NCBI RefSeq assembly: GCF_006345805.1 | Contig: NC_043007.1 | Location: 22,258,001 to 22,322,000 of the forward strand | Length of the DNA: 64,000 nt | Origin: Octopus sinensis | Lineage: Eukaryota | Direction: 5' to 3' | In this document: piece by piece, positions 1 through 12,514 of the stretch | Layout: each line of letters begins with the position of its first letter | How positions within the stretch are numbered: the first letter of the stretch is position 1 | Notes under the pieces: generated by a model | The model's database searches: none | The model's input: the letters and a program-made list of their open reading frames with translations, nothing else | What the model was told of the DNA's origin: nothing | Position numbers and translations under genes: made by a program

Positions 1-90
1 TGTTTAGGGTTAGGCCGAAAACGGGTGGTGTGCGTATTCTTTACCCCGAATCTGTTAGGACTACGCGCGTCACACTGAAGATGTGAATAT

Positions 91-415
91 GTGAAGGCGC
101 GTGGCTTAGTGGTTAGGGCATTCGGCTCAGGATTGTAAGGTCGTGAGTTCGATTCCCGGCGACGCGTTGTGTCCTTGAGCAAGACACTTTATTTCACGTT
201 GCTCCAGTCCACTCAGCTGGCAAAAACGAGTAGTACCTGTATTTCAAAAGGCCAGTCTTGTCACACTCTGTGTCACGCTGAATCTCCCTGAGAACTACGT
301 TAAGGGTACATGTGTCTGTGGAATGCTCAGCAACTTGCACGTTAATTTCACGAGCAGGCCGTTCCGTTGATCGTATCAGCTGGGACCCTCGTCGTCGCAA
401 CCGACGGAGTGCTCC
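91..415 (+). mobile_element. tRNA-head SINE (family S3, variant head)
   Basis: A-box TGGCTTAGTGG and B-box GAGTTCGATTCC, followed by a body shared with copies at 8780, 12090 and 63041. Confidence 0.8.
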
Positions 416-651
416 TATATGTTAGGACCCTATGTGAATGAGAACAAAAAAAAAAGAAAAGAAAATAGGAAAAACTGTTTCTCACCGACAATAGTGACGT
501 CAATCAGCATTAGTTCACCTCTTCTCCAAACAATTAATTAATTCTTCAGCTATTGTCCTCTCTGGATTTCTGATGCAAAGGTTTCCAGTATCCTAATTCC
601 ACTTCAATTGTTTGCACCAACAAATCAGTCATACTCTCTTTTTCTCTTTTA

Positions 652-1060
652 TCTCTTTTACTTGTTTCAGTCATTTGACTGCGGCCATGCTGGAGCACCG
701 CCTTTTAGTCGAGCAACTCGACCCCGGAACTTATTCTTTTGTAAGCCCAGTACTTATTCTATCGGTCTCTTTTGCCGAACCGCTAAGTAACGGGGACATA
801 AACACACCAGCATCGGTTGTCAAGCAATGCTAGGGGGACAAACACAGACACACAAACACACACGCACACATATATATATATATACATACATATATACGAC
901 GGGCTTCTTTCAGTTTCCGTCTACCAAATCCACTCACAAGGCTTTGGTCGGCCCGAGGCTATAGTAGAAGAAACTTGCCCAAGGTGCCACGCAGTGGGAC
1001 TGAACCCGGAACCATGTGGTTGGTAAACAAGCTACTTACCACACAGCCACTCCTGCGCCT
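652..1060 (-). mobile_element. tRNA-derived SINE, most abundant family (S1), full length
   Basis: About 410 bp with an internal (TA)/(CA) tract. Near-identical copies at about 4418, 5885, 11278, 16495, 17850, 19985, 28458, 31360, 32715, 45000, 47428 and 54108. Probably one of the octopus OK/OR1/OR2 retroposons; not assigned. Confidence 0.85.
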
Positions 1061-1967
1061 CTTAACTCCTTTTCAAAGTCACACACAGTCTGAACGTGAG
1101 CTCTTATCCATATATACAGGAATTAGTCGTTGGATGGCTGCGAGTGTTTTACCAACTGTCCCTATGTGGCACCTTAAGTAAGTGACTTCCACGGCAGTCC
1201 CTGGGGTGGACTAATATGTTGCGAGTGAGTTTGATTGACGGAAAGTGTGTGTACATGCGTGCGTGTGATTGTATTGGTTTCTTAATGTTCCTGTAACTTA
1301 GAGGTTCACCAAAAGACTCCAGGCTTTAAAAAAATTACTGGAGCAGATTTGTTCGACCACGACCCTTCAAGCAAGTACTCCAGCATGGCCTTAGTCTAAT
1401 GACTAAAATAAGTAAAAAAAATTTCATTTCTTTCATAATTCACTTTTTTTTTTTGCACTCTAAAATATGATTTAACTACAGTTGAATAGCAAAGGTAAAC
1501 TGGACAGGCTTCCTTCTCTCCCTACCTGCTAATTACTAATTAAAGCTTATTGTAAAATTTCATCTTTTATCTTTTATCTTACTTGTTTCTGTTCTTAGAC
1601 TGCGGCCATGCTTTGGCACAGCCTTGAAGAATTTTTAGACCACGGCCATGCTAGAGCAACACCTTGAAGCTTTTTAGTCGAACAAATCGTCTCCAGTATT
1701 TTCCCATTGTTCCTCATTTGCTGAACTGCTAAGTTACAGAGACGTAAACACGCCAACACCCATTGTCAAATGGCGGTGGGAGACAAACAGACACAAAGTT
1801 AAAAACATAGATTTATACATACACACATACATACATACTTACACACATACATACATACATACATACATACATGTCATCATCATCATCATCGTTTAATGTC
1901 TGCCTTTTATGATGGCATGGATGGGATGATTTGACAGGAGTCAACCAAGCAGAAGCTTGCACTAGAC

Positions 1968-2194
1968 AGCAAGCTGGCAGAAACGTTAGCACGCCGGGCG
2001 AAATGCTTAGCAATATTTCGTCTGCCGTTACGTTCTGAGTTCAAATTCCACCGACGTCGACTTTGCCTTTCATCCTTTCGGGGTTGATAAATTAAGTACC
2101 AGTTACGCACTGGGGTCGATCTAATCAACTTAATCCCTTTGTCTGTCCTTGTTTGTCCCCTCTATGTTTAGCCCCTTGTGGGCAATAAAGAAAT
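1968..2194 (+). mobile_element. Nin/Deu-domain SINE (family S2)
   Basis: Contains gcctttcatcctttcgggg..gataaattaagtaccag, which resembles the Nin/Deu central domain. Other copies at about 4164, 18918, 42752, 50054, 55960 and 63664. Confidence 0.75.
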
Positions 2195-2339
2195 GAGAAG
2201 CTCGCACTAGACTGTCTGTTTTGGCAGGGTTTTTATGACTAGATGCCCTTCCTAACACTAACCAGCAGAGTGGACTGAATGCTTTTTACATGGCACAAGC
2301 ACAGGTGGGGTCAGTTTTGGTAAGGTTTTTACAGCTGGA

Positions 2340-2600
2340 TCATCATCATCATCATCGTTTAACATCTGTTTTCCCTGCTAGCATGGGTTGGACGGTTCAA
2401 CTGGGGTCTGGGAAGCCAGGAGGCTGCACCAGGCTCCAGTCTGATCTGGCAATGTTTCTACGGCTGGATGCCCTTCCTAACGCCAACCACTCCGTGAGTG
2501 TAGTGGGTGTTTTTTACATGCCAGGGTGCCCTTCCAAATGCCAATCACTCTACATGGCACCTGCACTGACAGGGCCACCAAGGAGCTTGCAAGACAAACA
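2340..2600 (-). mobile_element. RTE LINE 3' end or RTE-tailed element
   Basis: Ends in ...ttaaacgatgatgatg on the minus strand; same tail as the RTE ORF-bearing copy at 60680-62402. Many further copies. Confidence 0.75.
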
Positions 2601-3315
2601 TCTTTTGAGAGGGGAGGGGGCATTGGAGGAGGGGGTCTTGTGTCAGGTGATGAATGGTTATAGTGAGACAGAGAGACAGAAACAAGTGTCTTGCTGTAGA
2701 GGAAGTACAAAGTTACCTGTTCGGAGAGAGAGGAATTAAGAATGATGACAGAAACAGGTGTGCTGCCATAAAGGACAAACAAACAAACAAACATGACTGA
2801 AAACAATACCTTCGCCTTCGCTAAGGCAGAGCTAATGAAGACATGACAGACCAGATGGTCATTGTTGGAACCTTTTTTGATAAGTCTCCTCAGGCTAAAC
2901 AGCAGGATCTTGGGTAATGAGACAACATGTGCGCATCCGAGTGGTCATCTCAACCTGCTAGAAAGAGCAGAGAAATTCTAAAAGCATAAGTAATGCTGGA
3001 TATATTAGACAATGCTATGTTGTCTGTGATGCATGAAAAAATGCGGTGGTCACATCAGGAAGGGTTCTAAAAATGGAGTTGCTCAGTCAGGACTGATGCA
3101 CAGTTATCCTTTATGATTTTGGCACAAAGGTGGCAATTTTTTACAGGGGGGTGTATGTTGATTATATCAAAGCCAGTGCTTACCCGGTACAACCTGGACA
3201 GAATGAAAGGGCAAAGTTAACCTCAATGGCATTTGAACACAGAATGTAAACTAGCCAGAAGAAATTCTCCTAAGTATGTCCTCCAGCACTCTAAATGTTC
3301 TGCCAACTCTCCACC

Positions 3316-3737
3316 TTAACTCTTTAGCATTTAAATCATCCATATCCAGCCAGTTAATCCAATTGTTTCCAAGAATATCTTCCATCGGTTACTAAGAATC
3401 ACCAGTTTGTTTTTCACCACAGAGCAGGCAACAGTTCTTCCATTGTCTCGAAGACATTCAGATAACTGCATCACCTCGTGCATAACCTGCTGCAAGTTTT
3501 CCCGGTCAGATTTCTGAAAGGAGCTTCCACCAACAGCAATACTGAGTAAATCGACGCCTGTTTTATGTTCAAACTGGCCAGATCTGGTCTCTCACACCAG
3601 CCCCACAATATCGTTTTAAAAATTAACAGCTACCTCATTAGAATCTCATAGCTACAAGATAATGCATGATTAGTTCAAAACAATGTGGATGAAAAAGCAT
3701 TAATTTTGGCAGAATAATGCGAACACTAAAGGGTTAA
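3316..3737. mobile_element. piggyBac-type MITE with TTAA ends
   Basis: TTAA-CTCTTTAGCATT at left and GAACACTAAAGGG-TTAA at right form imperfect terminal inverted repeats. Confidence 0.7.
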
Positions 3738-4417
3738 TGGGGTCAGTGATATCAATAACAATAACGCCACACCATTCACAGAATCAATAGCAGCAGCAAC
3801 AACTACAGAGACCTATGTATAGTCAGTCCATTATGGGAAGTATCAAGGCTGTAGATCTGTGTCAAAGTTGTCAATAAAAGTACGCTGACACTACAAGAAG
3901 AACGAACGATGAAAACAGGCGATATGGTTGATGGTGTGCTGCATTCTGTGCCTGGGAAAGGAGTGGGATAGTCATGGGTAGAGTGCCTTTTACATTTTTC
4001 ATATTCATTCGTAGGTGACATTGCACAAATGAACTTGAATTGAAAGGACAAGCAGTCATTTTACCCTCAAATTACATCCTAATATGTTGTATGTGTGCAT
4101 GTATCTCTCTCTCTTTCTCTCTCTCTCTCTATGCATATATATATATATATATAATACATATGTAAGGTGGTGAGCTGGCAGAAACGTTAGCATGCCGGGC
4201 GAAATGCATAGCCGTATTTCGTCTGTCGTTATGTTCTGAGTTCAAATTCTGCTGAGGCCGACTTTGCCTTTCATCCTTTCGGGGTCGATAAATAAAGTAC
4301 CAGTTTCACACTGGGGTCAATGTAATCGACTTAATCCCTTTATCTGTCCTTGTTTGTCCCCTCTATGTTTAGCCCCTTGTGGGCAATAAAGAAATATATA
4401 TATATATATAATACATA

Positions 4418-4581
4418 TAGGTGCAGGAGTGGCTGTGTGGTAAGTAGCTTGCTAACCAACCACATGGTTCCAGGTTCAGTCCCACTGCGTGGCATCTTGG
4501 GTAAGTGTCTTCTGCTATAGCCCCGGGCCGACCAATGCCTTGTGAGTGGACTTGGTAGACGGAAACTGGAAGAAGCCTGTC

Positions 4582-4629
<48 letters not shown>

Positions 4630-4845
4630 ATGTGTTTGTGTGTCTGTGTTTGTCCCCCTAGCATTGCTTGACAACCGATGCTGGTGTGTTTACGTCCCCG
4701 TCACTTAGCAGTTCGGCAAAAGAGACTGATAGAATAAGTACTGGGCTTACAAAGAATAAGTCCTGGGGTCGATTTGCTCGACTAAAGGCAGTGCTCCAGC
4801 ATGGCCGCAGTCAAATGACTGAAACATGTAAAAGAGATAAAAGAG
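4418..4845 (+). mobile_element. S1 SINE, full length
   Basis: Matches other S1 copies end to end. Confidence 0.85.
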
Positions 4846-4850
4846 ATATG

Positions 4851-5860
4851 TATTGGGACCACTGCTGTTCATGATGGCCCTTTCAGACAGCCACACTTAC
4901 TAACTATGCTAATGACACAAAAGCAGTACAAGCAACCTTCTGATGCTAATCTTCTACAGAAAGAACTCGATGCCATATATAAATGGGCTGATGAAAACAA
5001 AATGCAATTAATGCAGGCAAATTCCAAGCCCTTTACTACCACCTAATTGGTGCTCAAAAGTCACAACAACAATACTTTGGACCAGAATCCTAGAATCACA
5101 TACAATGCATGATCTTGGGATTGATATGAGCAACAATGCCTTGTTTCACTTGCATATCACCAAAACGGTGGCAGTGTGCAGGCAAATAACCTGATGGATT
5201 CTGAGAACATTCAGAACAAGGGGCCAGGAAATCGTGCTGGTCCTATGGAGGACATTTATGGTCAGCCGTCTAGACTACTGCTCTCAATTGTGGTCATGTT
5301 ACAGTGTAGGATTAATAGTGGAACTGGAGGCAGTTCAGCGTGGTTACACGAGGGAGATTACATCAATGGAACGGCTGAGCGACTGGTAGAGACTGAAAGA
5401 GCTTTGACTCTGCCTCTCTGGAGCGAAGATGGGAGAGGTATGCAATGACATGTTACAAGATACTGGAGGGGTTGGCACCAAACTTTGGAATTGAGAGTTA
5501 TACCAGATCTTGGATTGGATGTCACTGCACTGTTCCAAAAGTACCAGCTGTCTCATCTAAGGTGAGGGCCATATGTTGCAATAGTATTCAAGGGCCCACA
5601 GCTATTTAATGCCTTGCCACAACAGCTGAGGGATCTCCATGGAGTTGGGGTAGATGTTTTCAAGAAACAGCTTGACCGCTTGCTATCCAAGATCCCAGAT
5701 GAACCAATATCAAGGCAGGAAACTCAAAAGAGGGCAGTGGTATTGGATTCCCTCCGTCATGAAAAGCCAATCACATAGAATTGGCCAATTAGAAGGTGAT
5801 TACCCTGGCAGTGCCCCAGCATGACCACAGACTTAGGGCTGAAACATATAAAAGAATATA
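4851..5860 (+). mobile_element. CR1-group LINE, degraded RT C-terminal part plus 3' tail
   Basis: Broken frames read LGPLLFMMALSD, YANDTK (YADD-like), LQKELDAIYKWADENKMQ, RLDYCSQLW, FKGPQLFNALP and VFKKQLD. Confidence 0.8.
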
Positions 5861-5884
5861 TATATATATATGCATATATATATA

Positions 5885-6290
5885 TACGCAGGAGTGGCTG
5901 TGTGGTAAGTAGCTTGTTTACCAACCACATGGTTCCAGGTTCAGTCGCACTGCGTGGCATCTTGGGCAAGTGTCTTCTACTATAGCCTCGCACCGACCAA
6001 AGCCTTGTGAGTGGATTTGGTAGACGGAAACTGAAAGAATCCTGTCGTATATATGTAAATATATATATGTGTGTGTGTGTATGTTTGTGTGTCTGTGTTT
6101 TTCCCCCTAGCATTGCTTGACAATCGATGCTGGTGTGTTTACGTCGCCGTCACTTAGCGGTTTGGCAAAAGAGAGCGATAGAATAAGTACTAGGCTTACA
6201 AAGAATAAGTCCCGGGGTCGATTTGTTCGACTAAAGGCAGTGCTCCAGCATGGCCGCAGTCAAATGACTGAAACAAGTAAAGGAGTAAAG
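5885..6290 (+). mobile_element. S1 SINE, full length
   Basis: Matches other S1 copies. Confidence 0.85.
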
Positions 6291-7027
6291 AGTATATGTA
6301 TGTATATATACATATATATAAATATATATATATATAGGAAGAGTTTACGAAAAAAACAAAAGATGAAGTCAGGTGGTGTACAAAACAAGCAGATGTATTA
6401 GTATAACGCTCAGGAATAGAAAAAGTCTTTTGCGTTTCGAGCCTACGCTCCTTTACAGAAAGGGACACAGAAAAAACAAAAAGAGAAAAAAATTTGTGTA
6501 GTGGCTAACGATCTATCATGGCGACTGATATATATAAATTAGAAAAAACCACCTTTTATCAATTCAAAATGAACAATTAAATTGTACCATCTAGAAATTC
6601 CTTTCTAGATGGTATAGGAATATCCTTCAAAGATGAATTACAAAAGAGTGGTTCTATTTTACCTGTAAGTTCCATAACTGATGATAATGAGGGTAATTTC
6701 TCAGAAACGTTAGTTATAAATATAATAATAATAATTATTTGAGGGAATATTATTCCTAACTTACAGGGAAAAATTCAATTTAGAAATACTAAATCAAATT
6801 TCACAAAATATAATATATATATATATAAAAATTAGAAAAAAGCACCTTTTATCAATTCAAAATGAATATCATCATCATCGTTTAACGTCTGCTATCCATG
6901 CTAGCATGGGTTGGATGGTTCGACCGGGGTCTGGGAAGCCAGAAGGCTGCACCAGGCCCAGTCTGATATGGCAGTGTTTCTACAGCTGGATGCCCTTCCT
7001 AATGCCAGCCACTCCGTGAGTGTAGTG

Positions 7028-7450
7028 GGTGCTTTTTACGTGCCACCAGCACAGGTGCCAGATGAGGCTGGCAAATGGCCACGATCGGATGGTGCTTTTT
7101 ATGTGCCAACGGCACAGAGACCAGACGAGGCTGGCAAACGGCCACGATTGGATGGTGCTTTTTATGTGCCACCGGCACAGAGACCAAACGAGGCTGGCAA
7201 ACGGCCACGATCGGATGGTACTTTTTATGTGCCACCGGCACAGAGACCGGACGAGGCTGGCAAATGGCCATGATCGGATGGTGCTTTTTACGTTCCACCG
7301 GCACAGAGACCAGACGAGGCTGGCAAATGGCCACAATCGGATGGTGCTTTTTATGTGCCACCAGCACGGAGACCAGACGAAGCTGGCAATGGCCACGGTC
7401 GGATGGTGCTTTTTACGTTCCACCGGCACGGAAGCCAGTCAGGGCGGCGC
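7028..7450. repeat. 63-bp tandem repeat, about 7 units, inside an RTE 3' UTR copy
   Basis: ggtgcttttt-type unit starts at 7028, 7091, 7154, 7217, 7280, 7343 and about 7405. Confidence 0.9.
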
Positions 7451-7465
7451 TGGCTACGGCCACGT

Positions 7466-7712
7466 TCGAGGGTGCAATGGATAAATTGTCTCTATTTTAT
7501 ATTTTTAATTTCGTGCAGGCAGATCGTTTGCTTTTGATTTTGTTGATTTGCTCTGAATGTTCCAATACAAACATTTCAGAGTGTTTGGCTGTCAATCTGA
7601 GGACAGTGCAGAGAATTCGGAAAGAACTGGATGAGTCTAACAGTGACTACGAAGGTACGGCAGTTCGGAAAACTCACTCTGATCATTCGGATAAGAAAAG
7701 AACTCCTGAATT
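7466..7712 (+). mobile_element. Tc1/mariner-superfamily element, left end and N-terminal HTH relic
   Basis: Terminus gagggtgcaatggataaattgt also seen reversed at about 41155-41255. Encodes NISECLAVNLRTVQRIRKELDES...RKTHSDHSDKKRTPE, related to the 57400-58110 relic. Confidence 0.6.
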
Positions 7713-8515
7713 ACAGTTTGAATTCTACGAGGTATGGACTCGTACAAAGTTTGAATTGCTTCCAAAGGAATTTTTGTCCATTCTTCAGCTAAAACAGTCT
7801 CCAGATCTTGTAGTCATGATGGTGGAGGATATCGACTCTTTACTTGTTTTCCTAAAATGCACCATAAATGTTCAATATTATTGAGTTCTGGGTATTATGG
7901 TGGCCAGATAACATGTTCAACTTTGCTAGAATGTTCCTTGTGCCATTCAGTAACAACTTTAGCTGTGTGAATTGGTGCATTATCATCCTGAAAGATGGCG
8001 TTTCCCCCAGGAAACAGTTCCGCAAACATAAGATAAATCTGATCAGATAAAATGCTCAGTATTGATTATTAATTCTGCCATGAAAGGAAACCATTGGGGC
8101 AGTGGATTTCCAAGATATGCACTCCAGATCATCACAGATCCTCTTCCATGTTTAACAGTTGGAAGAAGGCAGTCTGGGTCAAATGGTTCTTTTGGATGTC
8201 TCTACACGTATACTCGGCCAGTGGTTGGAAATATGGTAATGAATAACTCGTCTGAGAAAATAACATTCTTCCACTGCTCAAGGGACCAATTCTGTAGGTT
8301 TTTACTCCATTCTAAACGCTTTGCAATGTTTGTTTTTGAAAGTAGTGGTTTTCTGATTGCAGCCCTCCCATGAAATCCGGCTTTGTGCAGCTCCCGGCAA
8401 ACAGTTTTTGTGGAAACTGAATTCTTGAGGTGGTCATTAAGCTCTGCAGTAATTTTGGGAGCTCTACAATTTCTGTAAGAGTCTGACAGTCCCTATCTGA
8501 AAGTTTTGGTTTTCT
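7712..8515 (-). mobile_element. Tc1 (DD34E) transposase pseudogene
   Basis: Minus frames read GRAAIRKPLLSK, WKNVIFSDE, PTVKHGRGSVMIW, FQDDNAPIHTAK and WPP*YPELNNIEHLW, with stops and frameshifts. Confidence 0.9.
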
Positions 8516-8725
8516 TCTGGAGTTTTGTTTCAACAAGGAGATTTTCCCCTCGACTGCAGCCATGCTGGAGCACCACCTTTAGTCGAGCAGATCAACCCCA
8601 GGGCTTATTCTTTGTAAGCCTAGTACTTATTCGATTGGTCTCTTTTGCCGAACCGCTAGGTGATGAGGACGTAAACACACCAGTATCGTATGTCAAGCGA
8701 TGTTGGCGGGACAAACACAGACACA

Positions 8726-8762
<37 letters not shown>

Positions 8763-8779
8763 ACTGACATATAAGGGGA

Positions 8780-9167
8780 AAGGAAGCACTCCGTCGGTTA
8801 TGACGATGAGGGTTCCGGTTGATCCGAATCAACGGAACAGCCTGCTCGTGAAATTTACGTGTAAGTGGCTGAGCACTCCACAGACACGTGCACCCTTAAC
8901 ATAGTTCTCGGGGATATTCAGCGTGACACAGAGAGTGACAAGGCCGGCCCCTTGAAATACAGGTACAACAGAAACAGGAAGTAAGAGTGAGAGAAAGTTT
9001 GTGGTGAAAGAGTACAGCAGGGATCACCACCATCCCCTGCGGAGCCTCGTGGAGCTTTTAGGTGTTTTCGCTCAATAAACACTCACAACGCCCGGTCTTG
9101 GAATCAAAACCGCGATCCTATGACCGAGAGTCCGCTGCCCTAACCTCTGGGCCATTGCGCCTCCACA
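8780..9167 (-). mobile_element. S3 tRNA-head SINE, full length
   Basis: Reverse complement of the 63041-63426 copy. Confidence 0.85.
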
Positions 9168-9689
9168 CTGACATATATACATATATACGATGGGCTTCCT
9201 TCAGTTTCTGTTTACCAAATCCACTCACAAGGCTTTGGTCGGCTTGAGGCTATAGTAGAAGACACTTGGCCAAGGTGCCACACTGTGGGACTGAACTAAG
9301 AACCATGTGGTTGGTAAGCAACTACTTGCCACACAGCCACTCTTGCGCCTATATATATACATAAATGAATAAGTACACACACATATATATGCAAATCTAT
9401 ATACATACATATACATAAGGTTAAGGTTATACAAAATAATAAATATTTTTTGTTTATCAGTCCTTTTACTCTTTTAACTGTTTCAGTCATTTGACTGTGG
9501 CCATGCTGGAGCGCTGCCTCTTAGTCGAAGAAATCGACCCCTGGACACTTATTCTTTGTAATCCTGGTGCTTAGTCTATTGACAATCTCTTCAGCTGAAC
9601 TGCTAAGTTACAGGGACATAAACACACCAACACTGGTTGTCAAGTGACCATGGTGGTGGTGGTGGTGTGAGGTAAATACAAACACAAAC

Positions 9690-10670
<981 letters not shown>

Positions 10671-11207
10671 AAGTACAGGACATCACCAATGAGTGAAAAA
10701 TATGTAAACACACGAGAGATAAGTGCATGACAAAATACCCAAAAATATACATAATGTATACTTTTTGATATTTTGTTTTGGACTTATCTCTTGGCTGCTT
10801 AAGTATTTTTCAGTCATTGGTGAGGTCCTGCACTTCATGTAGTCTATGCTTATCTATAATTGAATGCCACACAGACTTGTCCACAGTACATTTTTACTTA
10901 TAAATATATGTGTGTATATATATATATATCATCATCATCATCATCATCATCATCATCGTTTAACGTCCGTTTTCCGCGCTAGCACGGGTTGGACGGTTTC
11001 GACCGGGGTCTGGGGAGCTAGGGACTGCCCCAGGCTCCAGTCTAGCCTGGCAGTGTTTCTACAGCTGGATGCCCTTCCTAACGCCAACCACTCCGCGAGT
11101 GTAGTGGGTGTTTTTTACGTGCCACCTGCACAGGTGCCAGAGGGGTCTGGCATCGGCCACGTTCAGATGGTGCTTTTTTTTTTTTTTATATATATATATA
11201 TATACAT

Positions 11208-11277
<70 letters not shown>

Positions 11278-11435
11278 GGTAGGAGTGGGTGTGTGGTAAG
11301 TAGCTTGCTTACCAACTACATTGTCCGGGTTCAGTCCACTGTGTGGCACCTTGGCCAAGTGTCTTCTACTATAGCTTCACGCCAACCAAAGCCTTGTGAG
11401 TGGATTTGGTAGACAGAAACTGAAAGAAGCCTGTC

Positions 11436-11499
<64 letters not shown>

Positions 11500-11730
11500 A
11501 TGTGTTTGTGTGTCTGCGTTTGTCCCCCCAACATCGCTTGACAATTGATGCTGGTGTGTTTACATCCCTGTAACTTAGCGGCTCAGCAAATGAGACTGAT
11601 AGAATAAGTACTAGGTTTACAAAGAATAAGTCTGGAGTCGATTTGCTCAACTAAAGGCGGTGCTCCAGCATGGCCACAGTCCAATGACTGAAACAAGTAA
11701 AAGAGTAAGAGTATACATGTGTGGTATATA

Positions 11731-11778
<48 letters not shown>

Positions 11779-12514
11779 TCTTGAGAACATTTCCTAGCGG
11801 ATCTATTTCTAGCACAAGGGTGTCCACATAGTGGTTTCCTTCTAATATGTATATATTTATATATGATGGGCTTCTTTCAGTTTCTGTCTACCAAATCCAC
11901 TCACAAGATGTAGGTTGGCCTGAGGCTATAGCAGAAGATACTTGCCCAAGGTGTCACACCGTGTGACTGAACCAGGAACTATGTGGTTGGGGGAAGCAAG
12001 CTTCTTACCACACAGCCATGCTTGTGCCTGTGGACATATTTATCAAGAAAAGTTGCTCACTTTCCAACACTAGTAATTAATACATGTCTGTGGAGCACAA
12101 TGGCCTAGTGGTTAGGGCAGCGGACTCGCAGTCGTAGGATTGCAGTTTCGATTCCCAGATTGGGCATTGTGAGTGTTTATTAAGTGAAAACGCCTAAAGC
12201 TCCGCGAGGCTCCAGCAGGGGATGGTGGTAAACCCTGCTGTACTCTTTCACCACAACTTTCTCTCACTCTTTCTTCCTGTTTCTGTACCTGTATTTCAAA
12301 GGGCCAGCCTTGTCACACTCTGAATCTCCCCGAGAACTACGTTAAGAGTACACGTGTCTGTGGAGTGCTCAGCCACTTGCACGTTAATAAATGAGGTGCG
12401 ACGTCACTGGTGCCAAGCTGTATTGGCCCTTGCCTTTCCCTTGGATAACATCGGTGGCATGGAAAGCGGAGGCTGGTATGCATGGGCGACTGCTGGTCTT
12501 CTATAAACAATCTT

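Noticed and set aside
1-20. TTAGGGTTAGG telomere-like motif
   Set aside because: Under two repeats and at the window edge.
3803-4059. Two overlapping minus-strand ORFs
   Set aside because: No motif, no convincing splice sites, and not the missing ASPG exon.
6672-6717. CTGATGA...GAAACGTT on the plus strand
   Set aside because: Stem I register is off by two bases and stem II is irregular; a hammerhead relic at best.
7028-7450. CRISPR-like regular array
   Set aside because: Whole 63-bp units repeat with no unique spacers; eukaryotic context and no cas genes.
7075-7884. 269-aa plus-strand ORF
   Set aside because: Chance fusion of the 63-bp tandem repeat, a transposon N-terminus and the antisense of the Tc1 relic.
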